DNA of 53,300 nucleotides from Bigelowiella natans CCMP2755. Lineage: Eukaryota; Protista; Cercozoa. Positions 14,891 through 27,883 of the stretch are shown one piece after another (within the stretch, counting starts at the first letter, position 1; each line of letters opens with the position of its first letter). The stretch is from NCBI GenBank assembly GCA_000320545.1, contig ADNK01002557.1, forward strand, positions 1 to 53,300, in the 5' to 3' direction. Made by a program: the position numbers and the translations under genes. Under the pieces are notes generated by a model. That model saw only the letters and a list, made by a program, of their open reading frames with translations. It searched no databases and had not been told where the DNA came from.

Positions 14891-16118
14891 TAGTAGTAGT
14901 ATATTTTGCGTAATCTTTTTTCAACAATTAACTAAATATTTTATAAAAGTAGTAGTAAGTGGTAGTTGTAGTAGTAGCGCAATAGATGATACAAAAGAAT
15001 ACGATGGAGAGAGCTTCAGTTTGGATTCTATTCGAATAACAAAAAAATAAAAATAACAAGCTTGGCTACGTTATATGCAGCTACCATTCATTACATCCAC
15101 TAATCGTCTTGGGCCATGCTTCTGAACAGATTATATAAGACACACGGCAACACAGAGAAGGATAAACGTAGGCGACGGATAAGGGAACTCAAGCGAGAAC
15201 AGGAGGTTCCGAAATTATAATAATACCAATAATTAATAAAATTGATTGGTTCTTCCTTTCCCCTTTAACTCGTAGCATGCTCTTCATTGAGTATGATAGT
15301 TAATTTAGGTTATTCGGAAATCAATGAAAAATGAATAATGATAATGATAATGCTGAAGATGGCGACATTTTGTAATTTCTCGTGGATATAAAATTATTGT
15401 GTTTGAGTATATGTGAGATTATTCCATGTTGCTGCATAGTTTAGATAAATTTTAAGAGAGATATTTTGCCACGCGACATATACTAGAACATATAGTTGTA
15501 TATGCATATGTACATTTATCACAGTATTTTTAAGTATGTAAGTGTCTTTTGGTTAGGAAGAGAGAACAAGCAGCGACTTTAGGAAGGATGTAATATCGAA
15601 GTAGAATTTAGAGGGAATATGACAGAGACTGTATTGAACGTAACTCAAATCTATCGTTACTACTACTACTGCTATTAATACTGCTACTATTAAATTTTTA
15701 TTTAGAGGAATGACAAATCATTTTTCCTTTTGATCATCATCCAAGATTTGAACAAGAATTCTTCAATCAACCATCCAAAAATGAAGAAGACATGACTTTC
15801 CTTACCGTTACTAGTTGCGCCACTAATTCCGAAAACCCATTCTCTTTGAAAATATTAGCATTTATTTTATTATCGTAAGAGAAAAAAATAATACTTAGTT
15901 TGTTGCTTATAAATATCAATTTAAGATAATGTTAGAATATTTAAAAAGAAGCACCTTAATATGTCCTTATCATCATATTATATTCAGAGTTGGCTTGTGG
16001 AGGACGGTGTGCACCAGCATCCAACAACTCATTATGTTCTGTTCTGAATGAAGGAAAAGATACCTTCCGATCGTCTTTCATGAATTAGCCTATACAGTTT
16101 TTTATGTGTATGAATGTA

Positions 16119-16160
<42 letters not shown>

Positions 16161-17358
16161 CGATTTTTCTCATAATACTACCTTTTAGTTGTATTTGGGC
16201 GAAAGTTTATCGACAGTGAAAGAACGCTGTTCTCAAAGAAGTAAAGTTCAATATATGAAATAAATATATGGTTGGGAGGATAAGCTGCTTTGAATTATAA
16301 AAAGAAATGTCAAAGTTTCTTTTGAAATAAAGTCTATCTTTTCAATGATCAGACCAATAACGGAAATGAAAACTGCATCAATGGCTCAGAAATTAGAGGT
16401 AAAATTTTTAATGGTTAGGATGGATGTCAAAAACTTTGATATCATCGACAGCGTACAATTATCTCACAATTATCATCCTCATCATCATTATCAATATCAT
16501 CAGATCATGAATGCTGATCCAAACTATAAGATTGAGGATGAAGGATTGTCATCGGTTTCCTCGCAATTTTTTTCCTGCGAAGATGATGTTGATTATCATC
16601 ATAATCTGGAGGCTCCGGACGATCACCTCGACAAGGATATGAAAGTGGTGGGAATGATGAGTACAATGTGTGTTTGTATGCGTTTGTGTGTGTGTGTGTT
16701 TACATGTATATTCACAAAATTATGTTCCTTCTTATCAAAACACATATGCAATTATTTATTTAGTTCACTTCTTTCATTTTTTATCTATATATTGAGATGT
16801 GAATTTTCTAAGATCTAGCTGTATCACCTATTAATTGCATCCTATATCAATGAACATCATTTATTATTCTGGTGATGATGACTATGTTTCAACTGGTCAC
16901 TGTTTATCCTTTAATACTGTTGCTTTAGGAGAAAAGAAATATGCTATTTAATGATCCCGAGTATTCCTGTCGGTTTTTCCAAAAAAAGATCCGTGAATAC
17001 ACAAAAAAAAAGTAATATTATGGAATCTATCCCTGATCATTTTTTTTTCCGAATAAACTAGAACTAACGATTATTATGATGTTATTGTTGATTATGCTGC
17101 TTCTCAATTAGCGCCATAGTATGATTATATATAATTAATATCCTCTTCGAAATCTAATGAAAAAGGCGTGGAGAAAAAACTTCGCAGACTAAATCACAGC
17201 AACTGAGCCGCAATCAGGTGCCGCCTGCAGAACCAAAATCAGCATCTGCGAATGAAAATGATAGTGACGAATACTACTGTTCCGACGATTCAACATGGTC
17301 AAATCAGAAACTAATATGGACCAGCACTCACGAAGGTCGGTCTATTAACTTTGTCTGA
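10620..17358 (+). CDS. Large multi-exon protein with 2-3 PPR-like helical repeats
   Basis: Exons at 14103-14844 splice to QRYDALIYSFSHIKGWRMAHHLYREMTAVSLRRDATSLRHLLYGLGKSHRWQKALFEFDLARQSGVAYDNHIIRTMLDGCSQDCAYDATIRLLK, which has a roughly 35-aa PPR-like periodicity. Other in-phase exons include RQKQIELENMWFDEYKEELK, EERTVQDMQEGEVIRIQGPDGKPMI and IMNADPNYKIEDEG. The last exon ends EGRSINFV* at 17358. Both ends and some internal joins are uncertain, and this could be two genes. Confidence 0.6.
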
Positions 17359-17619
17359 AGCGCTGTTTTCAATTTCTCTCTATTTTACACGTACATTTCC
17401 TAAAAAGCATAAGGGGTCCCTTTCATTGATATAGTATTTTGTGATATTCAGTATCTGATGATAACGAGAAGCCTTTGTTCGGTTATAAATATGTGACACC
17501 TTGGCGATAAATAACCTCACCTCACAGTCGTGGGAAGACTTCCACCATCATCGTTCTCACAGGGATCGTCTGTACGTAAATCCAAATTTCTCGTTTGTAC
17601 TTTTGTCAAGATAACATAG

Positions 17620-18090
17620 TGTTGCGCCTGTGACAATTTTTATTTCAAGTTGGCCTGCTGACATGTGCCGTTGATTTTTCGCAAGATGGTCCAAAGACGT
17701 TCATATTTTCGACAACGTACGTCATTCACAGACGTGCGAGAGCATTATGCAATGGAAAATGAAGACAAGTGCATCATCGTCCTGCATGACAATGAATCGC
17801 CGAGCAAATCGTGTTCATGTGCATGGATGCGTGCAGCATTCGATGCGATGCGTCACTGCGCGCAGCAGATGGTGCCATGACAGACGTGCAATGTGCATGT
17901 TGTTGGTCGTCCATCATTGCTGAAGGGTTGGGGAGCACCGTGTGTCCGATGCCGCGCAATGGGAAGGCGTTATTTTCATGTTGCCTGAAGCAGTTAGCGT
18001 CCCCGAAGAAGGAGGGAGTGGTCCGGATGGGTGAGAGTAGGAACTGCCGTTGGTTGAAACATTGTTGAGCGACTAGATGCATCTAGTCCA
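17620..18090. other. RY/palindrome-rich intergenic block 2 (after the PPR-like gene)
   Basis: For example CATGTGCATGGATGCGTGCAGCATTCGATGCGATGCGTCACTGCGCGCAGC. Confidence 0.65.
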
Positions 18091-18297
18091 ATGTTCTCCC
18101 GACAACAAAGGAGCTATTATTTATCAAACGAAGGCCATTTTCCCCGAAAGACATCCATATTGTGTCCAACTCATATTACAAAGTACCGGTACAAAAACAG
18201 GGAAATCCATCTAGATATTGTGCCTCGTGGCTGCAGACGACGTCGATCGAGGTCCCTCCCCCTAGTCAGCAGCGACCGATTAATAATTCCTGAGTCC

Positions 18298-20027
18298 ATG
18301 ATGGATGGAAGTACCAGGAAGAAGAGGCGTGAAATATACGACCCCCTTATCTATTCAAATTTATGGTAATAATTACGTATCATTGCAGAAATGATAATAA
18401 TAAGAAGAAGGCCAAGGCTACGCACCGCCGCATTCCCAACGCAGGAATCTTGTATGCAAATAAACAAAACGCATGAAGTTTACCATAGATCCCCACAGTG
18501 CATCTTTTATGTAAATAAAAATGGCAAAACGGACCTTGCGCAGTGATATGTTAAAGATGAATGGATTACACAGACGAAACTATGAAGCGAATATTTTATG
18601 AAGAGTTTACAAACTAAGACTAGTACATTGTGATGTATGCAGGTTTCTGCTTCCAGCCTTTGCATACCTCTGTAAAGGTGTGCCTGTTGATGAATAGTAA
18701 AAGCAAACAGAGTATTTCGTTTCCTTGCAAGCGCCATTATTATCATTGTCAGTATGCTATCGTTGTACGCATGTTAAGAATGAAGCTATTGATATATTCT
18801 TAATCATACCAAAAAAAAGTGCACAATCACCAACTTGACTTACTCACATCACACACGTGTGCACGCATAAACTATATTCAAAGGATATGGTTATCAGAGC
18901 AGTCTTCTTACTGTAAGCGCGTTTTGTTCCTATAGATATCACATCTTTTTCGAGGTAAAAATACATCGAGAGTATGTGCATGCTACGGTTAAGTTGATGT
19001 GAATGTATTCGGTACGATTTTCATCACTCAGAGAAGTGTGCAGAAGTAACGACATCCGACTGACTAGGATTTTATTTTGTTTACATCTTTGTACTTCTTC
19101 CTTCTTAAACAAAGTAGATGATACTATACGTTATTCGTATTGTTTAGGATCAGGGAATGTGGGCAAAGCTCGACAAAATTGCGGCAGTTTTAGTATTACA
19201 TCCTCCACTCTTATAACAATTTCCTAGAACATAACAGAAAAAGTTCCATAAATTCATCATCATCATCACCACCACCACCATAGTTACTCTCTGATCTAAA
19301 ACCAAGGCCTTCTTTGCAACTATGGTGGCCTCCTTCGAGCTCACGATGTATCATATTATCTTTCTTTTGTTTTAATGATAATGAATGGTAGTGTTATGTT
19401 GCATCTTTAGTACGACATTCTCGTTGCTTACGACTATGCAGTTTACAAATACACCAACCGCACACAAGCGCATAAGAGATAGTAGTATGCTTTGGCAAAT
19501 TATTAGTATTATATTAAACAATGTCGTCGTTGTGTGCCTTTAACGTCATATTAGGATCTTAATTCTTTTATTCTGGCTGCTATTACCATAACAATTATCT
19601 TCATTAGCATTGCGCAGATAGTCCTGTGGTTAGAAGTCACATGGACCCTTTATATATTCCATATTACTCCCGAAATACATAGGTTGTTAGAATGACAAAT
19701 ATTTTGCACTTAGTTGACATTACAATAATTTTTATTTGCGTTTGTACTAATGATTTTATTCGGCAAGTTCCTTTTTCTTGAAGCTGCACAAAATTTGTTT
19801 GCTGTTAACGTTATACCCAGCATTGTCGATCAATTATATCTTCCATATGAAGCATTCTTATTGTTTTAATTCCCCGCGAAATGTTTAGGAGTGGATACGA
19901 TAGCTGTCATCTTCTCTGGCACGTGGGAGTGGTTATAGGTCAAGGAATCGTCAGTTTTTCCCTTCCTTCCAAAGGCCCGTCCATAATTCTCAGAAATACG
20001 TTGGCAAGAATTTTAGTCGTCAAATGA
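18298..20027 (+). CDS. Small multi-pass membrane protein with CREST-superfamily motifs (SxxxH..D..HxxWH)
   Basis: Exons: MMDGSTRKKRREIYDPLIYSNLW / FLLPAFAYL / ..LLTVSAFCSYRYHIFFE / DQGMWAKLDKIAAVL / AFFATMVASFELT / hydrophobic exon 19556-19620 / SGYDSCHLLWHVGVVIGQGIVSFSL..VVK*. Confidence 0.65.
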
Positions 20028-20129
20028 TGCTGGTATTGATGTGCGAAGCAACTCCAAAAAGTATATTTGTATGCAGCAGCATCAATCTTAAGTCGATATC
20101 CTATGATTTTACATATATAACGATAGCTG

Positions 20130-20990
20130 TGCAATTTCTACTGCCGCCCAGTAGCACCATGGCAAGCATCAAGCATGTTCTGTATCACCGAAGTACAATG
20201 TAATAAATCGTGCGTGTGCACTTCGATTCTCACGGGTAATATGCAATACTTCAGTGCTCTTAATATAAAGCACCTTCACGGTGTGAATGATCATTTGTGC
20301 ACGCAAAAGCAAATAGTAATGTGCCGTGGAAAGCTAGCGGTGCAGCTTGTTATGATAATTGTATACACAGAGTAGCTAGGCACAATGACAACAATAAAAG
20401 CGAAAAGACGGACACAATGCGCAGTTGTATGTACACATACTTGTCTAAATCGATGTGTTCAAATTACCCATGCACCCCATGCACACACTATAGCGTGTTA
20501 TATCTTATACTGAATATCGTATAGGGACACATGCACGTCTAGAGGCTCCTTTACATGAGTAGTTATTCTAGTATTCATTGCAGTTGTGCTCTATAAATGC
20601 TTTGTTTGTTGTCAGTTTCATGATTTTGCGCTTGTGACACAGCAGCGCCATGGCAGCTTATACACGTGCGCTTTCATCTGTGTAGCAACATGCCATGCCT
20701 TGTGGAATCGCTTATTAAGCTGCGTATTGTGCTACACACAAATTCTAGCGCATGAATGGTGATTCACAGTCTATAACAGTGTACATTTGGAAACTCTTTG
20801 CACATATTTAAATTGTGTCCACAAACTTCAAGCGCTGCATTTGTCAATGATGATTTGTCATTTTCAAATATTTAGTTCGTCTAGAAATCATAGCTGATTG
20901 TAAGCTTTGAGGAGGAGCATCGTGGCATTGCTTACATACATTTAATCTCTCCGCAGCGTCACAGCGTCATGATATATATCATGCTCGTTG
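20130..20990. other. RY/palindrome-rich intergenic block 3 (between convergent CREST and hypothetical genes)
   Basis: TCGTGCGTGTGCAC, CACATGCACGTCTAG, ACACGTGCGC. Confidence 0.65.
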
Positions 20991-21102
20991 ATTTATAGTG
21001 TTCTTAAGACAGTGCTACTTGATGATTCCACACCCACCCATCAGTGAAGATGATGTATTCAGCATTTATTTGCTTAAGGTTGCGCTCAAAGTGGTACATC
21101 AA

Positions 21103-23631
21103 TCAACACATGTACGTACTACAACGACGATCTACAACTTCAATGAATAGTAAGAGAGTTATTCGTTTGGAACATGGAGAACCTTGAGTAGGCTTATTAT
21201 AATAGCATGATTCTGGTGATTTCTTATTAAGATGAATGCTTGCTGGGGCCTCATACTACTAATACTACTACTTCTACTACAATTCATGTTGCCTAAGCTC
21301 AAGAAACCATACAGTGTCGCCCAGTATTTCTCTTTATTATTCGAGAAGAAGTAGTATTCCCTGCTTCTTCAAGCCTAACCTCGGTCATGACCCCCGTACT
21401 TCTTTTTTCAGCAACTTCATTCCTTAAATATTATGATGCATTTGCACGAAAAATGAAAGAAACCACACCTTTTATAAGGAGGATCTCAATGGCAATTGAG
21501 CAGCATCAAAGAATTGCTAGAATCAAATATTACTCACCTTTTCTGTGCAAAATACCCTTTTTGTTCCAATCCGTATTTTTCTTCGTATTCTGCTTTATCT
21601 ATCACACAAACATGTCAAATAAAGCCAGATACTCAGTGCATACAAACTTATTATCGTCACATCGTCATCATCATCATCACCATAATTAGTATTACCTAAT
21701 GGTGTACAATTGGCTATGACTTCAATGTATCCATCATCGTAGTGTACGAAGACAGTTCCTTTAACAAATGTTGTACATGATGTCATCTACAGCACATGGC
21801 AGTGTTGATAATTAAAAGCTTGCTTGCAAAGATAAAACCTCGAGGAGGAGTCCTTGGAAATCCATCATCAGATATTGCCAACACTGCAAGTAATTGAGAG
21901 TAGATTAAGGATGACATCTTGCTCAAGAATTTATCATCGATTACCTTGACGCTGCCTCGATATTTTGGAAAGTTGTCTGAAAAGATGCGGGTTGTTATCC
22001 CTTTTCTTGGAAAGGACCTATTATGAGCAGCAGCAGCAGAAAGCAGCAGCAGCAGTTAGTAGGGTTGTTAATGGTTGTTGTTAACGATGAGAAGAAGAAG
22101 TAGTAGTAGGCTATAATAAGTAGTAATTCGAAGCAGTGGTGGTAGCAGTTGTAGTGGAAGTAGTAGTACTAGTAGTAACGATGTAGCTGTTGTTTGCTCA
22201 TTATTATCCTAAGTTGAACGTTAGAGGTAGTAGTTGTAGTAGTAGTAGTAGTAGTTGTAGTAGTAGTAGTAGTACAGTTTGACATGAGTGTGTCATCATA
22301 GTGTTGTTGTAAGTGAATAATTCCAAAAACTGCAAGTTGGAAACGACACAGATCTGTAAAAAGTGTATTATTTCATGACAATAGTGTATTGAACCTTTAT
22401 TTGTTGCTCAATTGCTGACTTTTGGACATCCATGCTTGCCTGTATAAAGCGAAGATTATGCTAAACTTAATATTCATCCTACTTAGTGACATTCACCTTT
22501 ATACGCCGACATGTTTCGATATCATGTGTGTACTGCTGCTGTACCTAGGTATCCATCATAAAGTTTGAAGAATAAAGAACAACTTATTATTCCGATCATC
22601 GCAGCAGCTTTAACCAACAATATCATCATAATATACATATATAAAACCTCCTCCGGTAGTACCGTCGAAGAAGATATTCCATCCTGTGCTTTTGTGTTGC
22701 AAGTAGTAGTAGTAGACAAGTCGGACATTCCTTTTATTTCGTCATTAAGCTGGCTCTAAAATACCGAACCAAAAATTTACATTTAGGTCTTCCACCTTCC
22801 CCATTATCGGCCCAATGAATAAGTAATATCCCATAATGATAGTACTACCAATGTGCGACGAATCTCTTTTATGTTGAGAAGGACTTTCTCCTTTCTCTCT
22901 CTGATTAAGCAGCAGCATAAGGTAGTAGTATCAGTATTATTATTATTATTATTAGTAGTAGTAGGTATCAAAGAGTAGTCCCCCTCCAATAATTTTGTAC
23001 GACGACAGGACATATGACCCTAATTCTTGTATTCGCTTTACGTATCCGTCTTCAGAACTCCTACAGCCATGATGACGTTCTCCACTTAGAAAGTAGTTCT
23101 CAGATAGATAGTAGTGCATTGCAGCACCAAACATGAACAATGAACCCCAAAATGTTGTTACCGAAAGTTTATTAGACAATCCAGCGAGGCAAGAGTGCAC
23201 CGCATACTATCCCTGGTAGATGCGCGAAAAAACAAGGCCTGCCCCTCCCGCGATAAATTTACAGGGCCATCATCTGCACAGTTTCCCAGAATTTAATTTG
23301 GATGATTCAGAAATGTAGAACACAACATTCAAGAAGTGACCTAGTGTTCTTTTTCCAGTGGTGCGTTGTTGTTTTCCAGCAGCAGCAGGTACCATCGAAT
23401 TGGGCTCAACACTATCCCTGCTACTACTAGTGGTACTTCTACCCGATTGGCCTTTCACGTCCTTTTACAAGCAAGGTCGTTCCGATCAGATAGAACAATG
23501 AAATTCAGAAACGAATTACAAATTGTTCTTCGAACAACATAATATTCTTACAACAAACAAGATGACCATTTTTCGCTCACCACTGGCTCAGCACTCTCCA
23601 AATCGGGTGACCGGTGACGTGTCGTCTCCAT
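21103..23631 (-). CDS. Hypothetical multi-exon protein, partly coiled-coil
   Basis: Phase-consistent exons: METTRHRSPDLESAEPV / DVKGQSGRSTTSS..KRTL / DDGPVNLSREGQALFFRASTRDSMRCTLASLDCLINFR / SSEDGYVKRIQELG / ERKEKVLLNIKEIRRTL / SQLNDEIKGMS.. / ..CWQYLMMDFQGLLLE / MTSCTTFVKGTVFVHYDDGYIEVIANCTPL / DKAEYEEKYGLEQKGYFAQK. No family recognised; the 3' end is approximate. Confidence 0.6.
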
Positions 23632-24175
23632 TTTTGTGTACTCTCTACTATCGCTTTCTCTCTTTCTCTCTCCGTGTTTACCGTAAATACGAGCCGATAA
23701 ATTAAAACAAAAACAAAAGTCTTCTGGGTTTCGAGATGATGCGACAACTCGAATTATAGTCTTTTTCTTGTCAACGCGGGAAAGAGTTTCTAAGTAATGT
23801 TTTCCCCAGACGACTTGCAATATGTGGGTCCTTTCTATGTAAAATCCCTTTATTTCTTTAGCTGTACTTTCAAATCCCGATGTTTCCATTTCATTTTGGA
23901 GGGAAGGAAGGGTCACATTTAGTTTCACATCATTTAGTTTCCAGGTGAGAGATTTCAACACTAAACGACGCAAGATATTCGTCTTCTCCTTGTATTTTTG
24001 GCATATAGTCAACAAAATATCACATATTTCAGAGTTTTATATAGTTCACTTCGCTACTACAAAAACTTACTATTCTCCACAACCCAATCGAGCCAACCCG
24101 CACAGCCACTCTACCAATTTCCTTATCCGAGGAGAAGAGAACTTACCTGGATAGAATTACAGCGCCTCTCTAAAA

Positions 24176-24992
24176 ATGGCTCTTGTGAATGTAACGAACG
24201 TGGAAGTGCTAGAGAATCCGTAAGATACTCTAAATACTTATTGCTTAAAGAAGAGTGATGGCAAGTAAATTCATGTTCTCGAAGGAATTCACGCATTCAC
24301 CTTTTATTCAGGGCTAAATTTACGGATGACTTCAAACTACAAATCACATTTGATTGTGTTGCCCCGGGAATCAAAGATGAATTGGAGTGGAAATTGGTAT
24401 ACGTGGGCTCTGCCCAATCAGAAGAGCATGATCAGACTTTGGATGCTGTCTTAGTGGGTCCTGTTGCCATTGGAAGGAGTACGTTCGTTTTTAAGGTTAG
24501 TCTTTAGTGTTCAAGAATTCCATAAATTGCACAAATGTAATGGGTATGGTATATCAGGCCCCTGCTCCAGATGCAAAGAAAATTCCAGAAAAGGATCTCA
24601 TGGGAGTTACAATCATACTGCTCACTTGCCACTACAAGGAAAAGGAATTCATTAGAGTCGGTTACTATGTCAATAATTACTGTGAAGATGAAGAGTTCAA
24701 TAAAAAATTCAAGGATGAGGATGGAAAGCTCACGAAGAACCCCCCATTATCAAAGATTAAGCGAAACATTGCTGGCAGCAAGCCAAGGGTAGCGCATGTG
24801 AAATTACTGGTACAGAAAAAACAAAAGCTTAACAGTTGGGTTTTCATTCAGGTGACACGCTTTGACATTCCATGGGATAACGAGCAACAGAAGATAGCAA
24901 TGGACGAGCATAGTGGACTCGGGGACGGAAGCAATTTTCAAATGGTTCAAGACGAAAATTCCCGTGAAAGCAACATAATGATGCAGGAATGA
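24176..24992 (+). CDS. ASF1: Histone H3-H4 chaperone ASF1 (exons 24176-24219, 24312-24495, 24558-24788, 24852-24992)
   Basis: [125 protein letters not shown] is canonical ASF1. Confidence 0.97.
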
Positions 24993-25129
24993 TGAAAATT
25001 GGACTTCATGCGAGTGAATGAACGTTATGATGAAACCGATGTAACCTATAATAATGACCGTATCAAATTAATGTTATATATCGTTGTGCTTAGTTAGTTT
25101 TAGTTCGCGTATGCTATATTAATTTCATC

Positions 25130-25790
25130 GCAATGGCAGTAACAATATGAGAATGTAAACCCAAGCCAACTAGTCAGCTAACATTTGATTGCAGATAGAT
25201 GTGCACTACATATAGCGATCTTTGTTATAGTTGTGCGAATCATCGCGCGCGCGCAATGACACTACAAGCGTGAGACCTAGAGACGTATGTACTAGCTCCT
25301 CAAGGCATATATAGGCTCAATTATTACTATAGTAGGCTGGAACAAACAATGTTGTGCATCCTAGCATCCACGTGAGCTCTAGTAGAGCTAGTTCTTTGCT
25401 TATATGTTCCAGAGGTATTGCATGCTAGATTGGCAGCTCATACACTCCTGCGCCGCGCACAAACAAAAAGTGTAGAAGTGCGATTGCGTCTGCGTACGAC
25501 GATCAGTGCGTGCGCGCGTATCGTAGCGCACGTACTATGCTTGTCTAGTCTAGTAGTGCAGATAAAAACAACTACGTAGCAGCCGAGAGTCATCACATTG
25601 CTCCAAGCAGGTGCATTGCATGCGCAGCAGCATGCTTAATTGCGGGCATATATACAATAAGAGTCAGGTGGACAAAGGGAAACGCACGATTTAGCCATAA
25701 ATCGGCTGACACTACACTGCCGCTAGTCATTGCCATACGGCACACAAAATCGCAGCACACAATACATGCTTTTATAGTGGATTTCGCGTT
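25130..25790. other. RY/palindrome-rich intergenic block 4 (between convergent ASF1 and Sushi genes)
   Basis: TCGCGCGCGCGCA, TGCGTGCGCGCGTATCG, TGCATTGCATGCGCAGCAGCATGC, and many CTAG. Confidence 0.7.
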
Positions 25791-25880
25791 ACCAAAATTT
25801 GTGTTCAAAATGACACAGGAATGAATTCTATTTCCACTGAGTAGCCAATTTTGCATATTAAATAATAGACACAGCAATAT

Positions 25881-25917
<37 letters not shown>

Positions 25918-25944
25918 TATTGCATATCTATCATTTAAGAAGCC

Positions 25945-26713
25945 TTACTCTTTGATTCTTGACATTCAAGAGTAGATGTTAGCCATATCCATTCTCCTGC
26001 CCAGCACCTGATCTCGCCTCGCCTAAAATTCCTGAGCAACACCGAATGCTATGAATATCCTTCTTGATTATACACGATTGCTTATGTAAGCAAAGTGGTG
26101 ATTACATGCTTCTCTATATTGGTGTGCTATTCAATGGAAAAATTGGCACAGTAGATACCCTATTGGTTCAAAGCCATCCTGGCAGCTAACGAAGTAGGTG
26201 CTTTGGTGACGATGATTGCTCTGGTCGTTCTTGGTATTCCTACAGCAAACAAAGATGAGCATGAATCAGCTGTAGAACAAGATTTTTTTTTGAATTTTTC
26301 CAGGATTTTGCATCTATCTTTTTCCTCGTGTGTTGATTAACAGCTAAATTTATATAACCCACCTTCCATGAAACTCGAACATCTTAAATTCAATATCACT
26401 CCTATGCAAATATTTATGCTTTCGTTAAGACAGTAGAATAAAGTAGAATATCCACGATACCTGGGGTCTTGGCAATGTAACATACTATTGCTTGAGTGAT
26501 GAAATGTAGAAGATGCGCCCTAGAATAATTTTTCGAATAGAACAATGCGAACATTTTAAGTGAGGACACACATATGCTAATTCATCTACAGATAATTGTA
26601 GTACTACTTTTCATTACCTTCAAAATTTGAGCCATTTTGTGTGCAAATGAAAATTCATAAACCGTTACAAGAGCCACAAATGCCGTGAACGCAACCACAA
26701 TTTGATTGAACAT
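25945..26713 (-). CDS. Small secreted or signal-anchored protein with one Sushi/CCP-like domain
   Basis: Exons: MFNQIVVAFTAFVALVTVYEFSFAHKMAQILK / GASSTFHHSSNSMLHCQDPR / NTKNDQSNHRHQSTYFVSCQDGFEPIG / CWAGEWIWLTSTLECQESKE*. It has a hydrophobic N-terminus and a CxxP..CxxGF..C..W..C pattern. A micro-exon may be missing before the last exon. Confidence 0.5.
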
Positions 26714-27133
26714 TGTCGGACTAGCTGCTCATTAGTTAACAAACATACATGTACAGATTATACCATGTTCGACATCCAAACCCATGCGATTTTTAACGTT
26801 CTCATGGAGAACTTATTCTTAGGAGCATGGCCTTACAAATGTACAGATTCAAACCTTTAATAGAAGGCAGCATCTTCCCTGCTCGGTGTTACCTATTATT
26901 TTCAAATGTGTGTTATGCTAAGTAGACTGCAGATATGACGATGATTTGCCTGTGAGTCTATTATCCCCCAAGCAAGTCTTTTCTTTGATTGTGACCTTCT
27001 CTGTGTGTCTCCCCTCTCTCTCTCTCATTCTCCTTCCCCCCCCCCCCCCCCCCCCTCTCTTTGTCTATCTACCTTCTCTGTCTGGAGAGCAGCAGCTTTC
27101 CCTTGTTATCGACTATGTAGATCTATCTTGTGG

Positions 27134-27168
<35 letters not shown>

Positions 27169-27333
27169 AGTTAGTTAGTTAGTTAGTTAATCTTTTCGCG
27201 CCCTTGACTTCCCAGCTATGTTGTTACACCGAAGTGATTTTCATAGTGGATGTTGTCTCATAACGGACATTGCGAAAGTCAAAACTTGCATGGCAAAACA
27301 TAGCAAAATTTGTGACTTAAAGGACTAATAACT

Positions 27334-27533
<200 letters not shown>

Positions 27534-27883
27534 ATAGAAACTTATTGTAGATCCTGTAGGTAGATCTTCTTCTTCTATTTCTTCTAGATCTATTTCTTCT
27601 CCTTTGTCTTCTTTACTCACAATACCACGTAATATCTTAATATTTAGTGCCTAAACCTCGTCTTTCACCAGCTAGCTGTTTTCTTGGTTTTTGGCTTTCC
27701 TCCGCCATGTGTTTTCTATTAACGAGGACGACATAAGATTGTAGATGTCGCAACCTAGAAATGGCATAGGACCAATACTTGTAGTACTAGGGTTCATACC
27801 TTAATAATAATAACAATACACACGTGACCAACCGACCACGGGCATCGTGAGAGGAAGGACCGACGTGCAAACCAACCGCTTCA

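Noticed and set aside
23632-24015. Upstream part of the 155-aa minus-strand ORF 23548-24015
   Set aside because: It has a TTG start and lies in the promoter region. Only its last part (METTRH..) splices coherently into the downstream gene.
24140-24150. ACTTACCTGG resembling the U1 snRNA 5' end
   Set aside because: No U1 stem-loops or Sm site follow, and it runs into the ASF1 start codon. It is just the reverse complement of a donor consensus.
27167-27190. (TTAG)n as a telomere-like repeat (also CTAA at about 43873)
   Set aside because: It is a short internal tetranucleotide repeat, not a G-rich telomeric unit.
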